Assembly: GCA_964016885.1 (NCBI GenBank)
Contig: OZ024766.1
Coordinates: 1,364,001-1,428,000 of the forward strand
Origin: Eledone cirrhosa
Taxonomy: Eukaryota
Reading direction: 5' to 3'
DNA length: 64,000 nt
Position numbers and translations under genes: made by a program. This document shows positions 61,101 through 64,000 of the stretch, one piece after another (position 1 is the first letter of the stretch; the number at the start of each line of letters is the position of its first letter). The notes under the pieces were generated by a model. The model ran no database searches and had not been told where the DNA came from. It was given only the letters and a program-made list of their open reading frames with translations.

Positions 61101-64000
61101 AAACGTCATCATACATTACTAAAATTACTCTAAAATTCCTAAAAAGGCATCATAAATGAGTAAAATGGCTAAAATATCATCATGAATGACTCTAAACACT
61201 CTGAAATGGCTAAAACGGCATCAGAAATGACTAAAATGACTCTTAAATAACTGAAAAGGCATCATAAATGAGTAAAATGGCTAAAACATCATCATAAATG
61301 ACTCAAATTACTCTGAAATGGCTAAAACGGCATCAGAAATGACTAAAATGTCTCTTAAATAACTGAAAAGGCATCATAAATGAGTAAAATGGCTAAAACG
61401 TCATCATAAATGACTAAAACGTCACCATAAAGGACTAAAATGTCTAAAACGTCATCATACGTGTCTAAAATGGCTTAAACGTCGTCATAAATTACTAAAA
61501 CGTCATCATACATGACTAAAATGACTCTACAATGGCTAAAACGGCATCATAGATGACTAAATTGACTCTGAAATGGCTTAAAAAGTATCATAAATGAGTA
61601 AAATGGCTAAAACGTCATCATAAATGACTAAAATGACTCTGAAATGGCTAAAACAGCATCATAAATGACTTAATTGACTCTGAAATGGCTAAGACAGCAT
61701 CATAAATGACTAAAATGACTCTAAAATGCCTAAAAAGGCATCATAAATGAGTAAAATGGCTAAAACATCATCATAAATGACTCAAATTACTCTGAAATGG
61801 TTAAAACGGCATCATAAATGACTAAATTGACTCTGAAATGGCTAAAGCAGCATTATAAATGACTAAAATGACTCTTAAATAACGAAAACGGCATCATAAA
61901 TGAGTAAAATGGCTACAACATCATCATAAATGACTCAAATTACTCTGAAATGGCTAAAACGTCATCATAAATGACTAAAACGTCACCATATGTGACTAAA
62001 ATTTCTAAAACGTCATCATAAGTGTCTAAAATGGCTTAAACGTAGTCATAAATTACTAAAATGTCATCATACATGACTAAAATGACTCTACAATGGCTAA
62101 AACGACATCATAGATGACTAAAATGACTCTAAAATGCCTAAAAAGGCATCATAAATGATTTAAAAGGCTAAAACATCATCATAAATGACTCAAATTACTC
62201 TCAAATGGCTAAAACGGCATCATAAATGACTAAATTGACTCTAAAATGGCTTATAAAGTATCATAAATGAGTAAAATGGCTAAAACGTCATCATAAATGA
62301 CTAAAATGACTCTGAAATGGCTAAAACAGCATCATAAATGACTTAATTGAATCTGAAATGGCTAAAACAGCATCATGAATGACTAAAATGACTCTAAAAT
62401 GCCTAAAAAGGCATCATAAATGAGTAAAATGGCTAAAACATCATCATAAATGACTCAAATTACTCTGAAATGGCTAAAACGGCATCAGAAATGACTAAAA
62501 TGACTCTTAAATAACTGAAAAGGCATCATAAATGAGTAAAATGGCCAAAACGTCATCATAAATGACTCAAATGACTCTGAGATGGCTAAAACAGCATCAT
62601 AAATGACTAAATTGAGTCTGAAATGGCTAAAAAAGTATCATAAATGAGTAAAATGGCTAAAACGTCATCATAAATGACTAAAATGACTCTGAAATGGCTA
62701 AAACAGCATCATAAATGACTTAATTGACTCTGAAATGGCTAAGACAGCATCATAAATGACTAAAATGACTCTAAAATGCCTAAAAAGGCATCATAAATGA
62801 GTAAAATGGCTAAAACATCATCATAAATGACTCAAATTACTCTGAAATGGTTAAAACGGCATCATAAATGACTAAATTGACTCTGAAATGGCTAAAACAG
62901 CATTATAAATGACTAAAATGACTCTTAAATAACGAAAACGGCATCATAAATGAGTAAAATGGCTACAACATCATCATAAATGACTCAAATTACTCTGAAA
63001 TGGCTAAAACGGCATCAGAAATGACTAAAATGCCTCTTAAATAACTGAAAAGGCATCATAAATGAGTAAAATGGCTAAAACGTCATCATAAATGACTAAA
63101 ACGTCACCATATGTGACTAAAATGTCTAAAACGTCATCATAAGTGTCTAAAATGGCTTAAACGTAGTCATAAATTACTAAAATGTCATCATACATGACTA
63201 AAATGACTCTACAATGGCTAAAACGACATCATAGATGACTAAAATGACTCTAAAATGCCTAAAAAGGCATCATAAATGATTTAAAAGGCTAAAACATCAT
63301 CATAAATGACTCAAATTACTCTGAAATGGCTAAAACGGCATCATAAATGACTAAATTGACTCTAAAATGGCTTATAAAGTATCATAAATGAGTAAAATGG
63401 CTAAAACGTCATCATAAATGACTAAAATGACTCTGAAATGGCTAAAACAGCATCATAAATGACTTAATTGAATCTGAAATGGCTAAAACAGCATCATGAA
63501 TGACTAAAATGACTCTAAAATGCCTAAAAAGGCATCATAAATGAGTAAAATGGCTAAAACATCATCATAAATGACTCAAATTACTCTGAAATGGCTAAAA
63601 CGGCATCAGAAATGACTAAAATGACTCTTAAATAACGAAAACGGCATCATAAATTAGTAAAATGGCTACAACATCATCATAAATGACTCAAATTACTCTG
63701 AAATGGCTAAAACGGCATCAGAAATGACTAAAATGACTCTAAAATGCCTAAAAAGGCATCATAAATGAGTAAAATGGCTAAAACATCATCATAAATAACT
63801 CTAAACACTCTGAAATGGCTAAAACGGCATCAGAAATGACTAAAATGCCTCTTAAATAACTGAAAAGGCATCATAAATGAGTAAAATGGCTAAAACGTCA
63901 TCATAAATGACTAAAACGTCACCATATGTGACTAAAACGTCTAAAACGTCATCATAAGTGTCTAAAATGGCTTAAACGTAGTCATAAATTACTAAAATGT
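46135..64000. repeat. Large satellite array of 41-, 30- and 21-bp related monomers with higher-order repeats
   Basis: Consensus GGCTAAAACAGCATCATAAAT-GACTAAAAT-GACTCTGAAAT, uninterrupted to the window end. Confidence 0.98.

Noticed and set aside
46135-64000. Telomeric repeat or coding repeat
   Set aside because: No TTAGGG arrays, and no ORFs in the track.

Overview
Eukaryotic, repeat-dense DNA, most likely octopus/cephalopod (inferred from the tRNA-headed SINEs, RTE/(GAT)n tails and huge TA microsatellites). Nearly all listed ORFs are microsatellite artefacts. Real content: (1) a multi-exon, divergent ceramide-kinase-like gene on + (11 exons found, 15032-25402; first exon not found) with three 1-nt frame anomalies; (2) a young, 5'-truncated RTE LINE with an open RT ORF containing a PHD-type zinc finger (7081-9594); (3) many SINE, Tx1, CR1 and bipartite RTE fragments; (4) a probable signal-peptide first exon of a secreted protein (44366-44456); (5) a 200-N gap followed by about 18 kb of modular satellite with kb-scale higher-order repeats. 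The most interesting hidden signal is a dense set of type I hammerhead-ribozyme motifs: about 6 with intact cores and several decayed or half copies. They have mostly unrelated stems and sit in short non-coding, often inverted-repeat-flanked, Penelope/retrozyme-like units embedded in (TA)n tracts.
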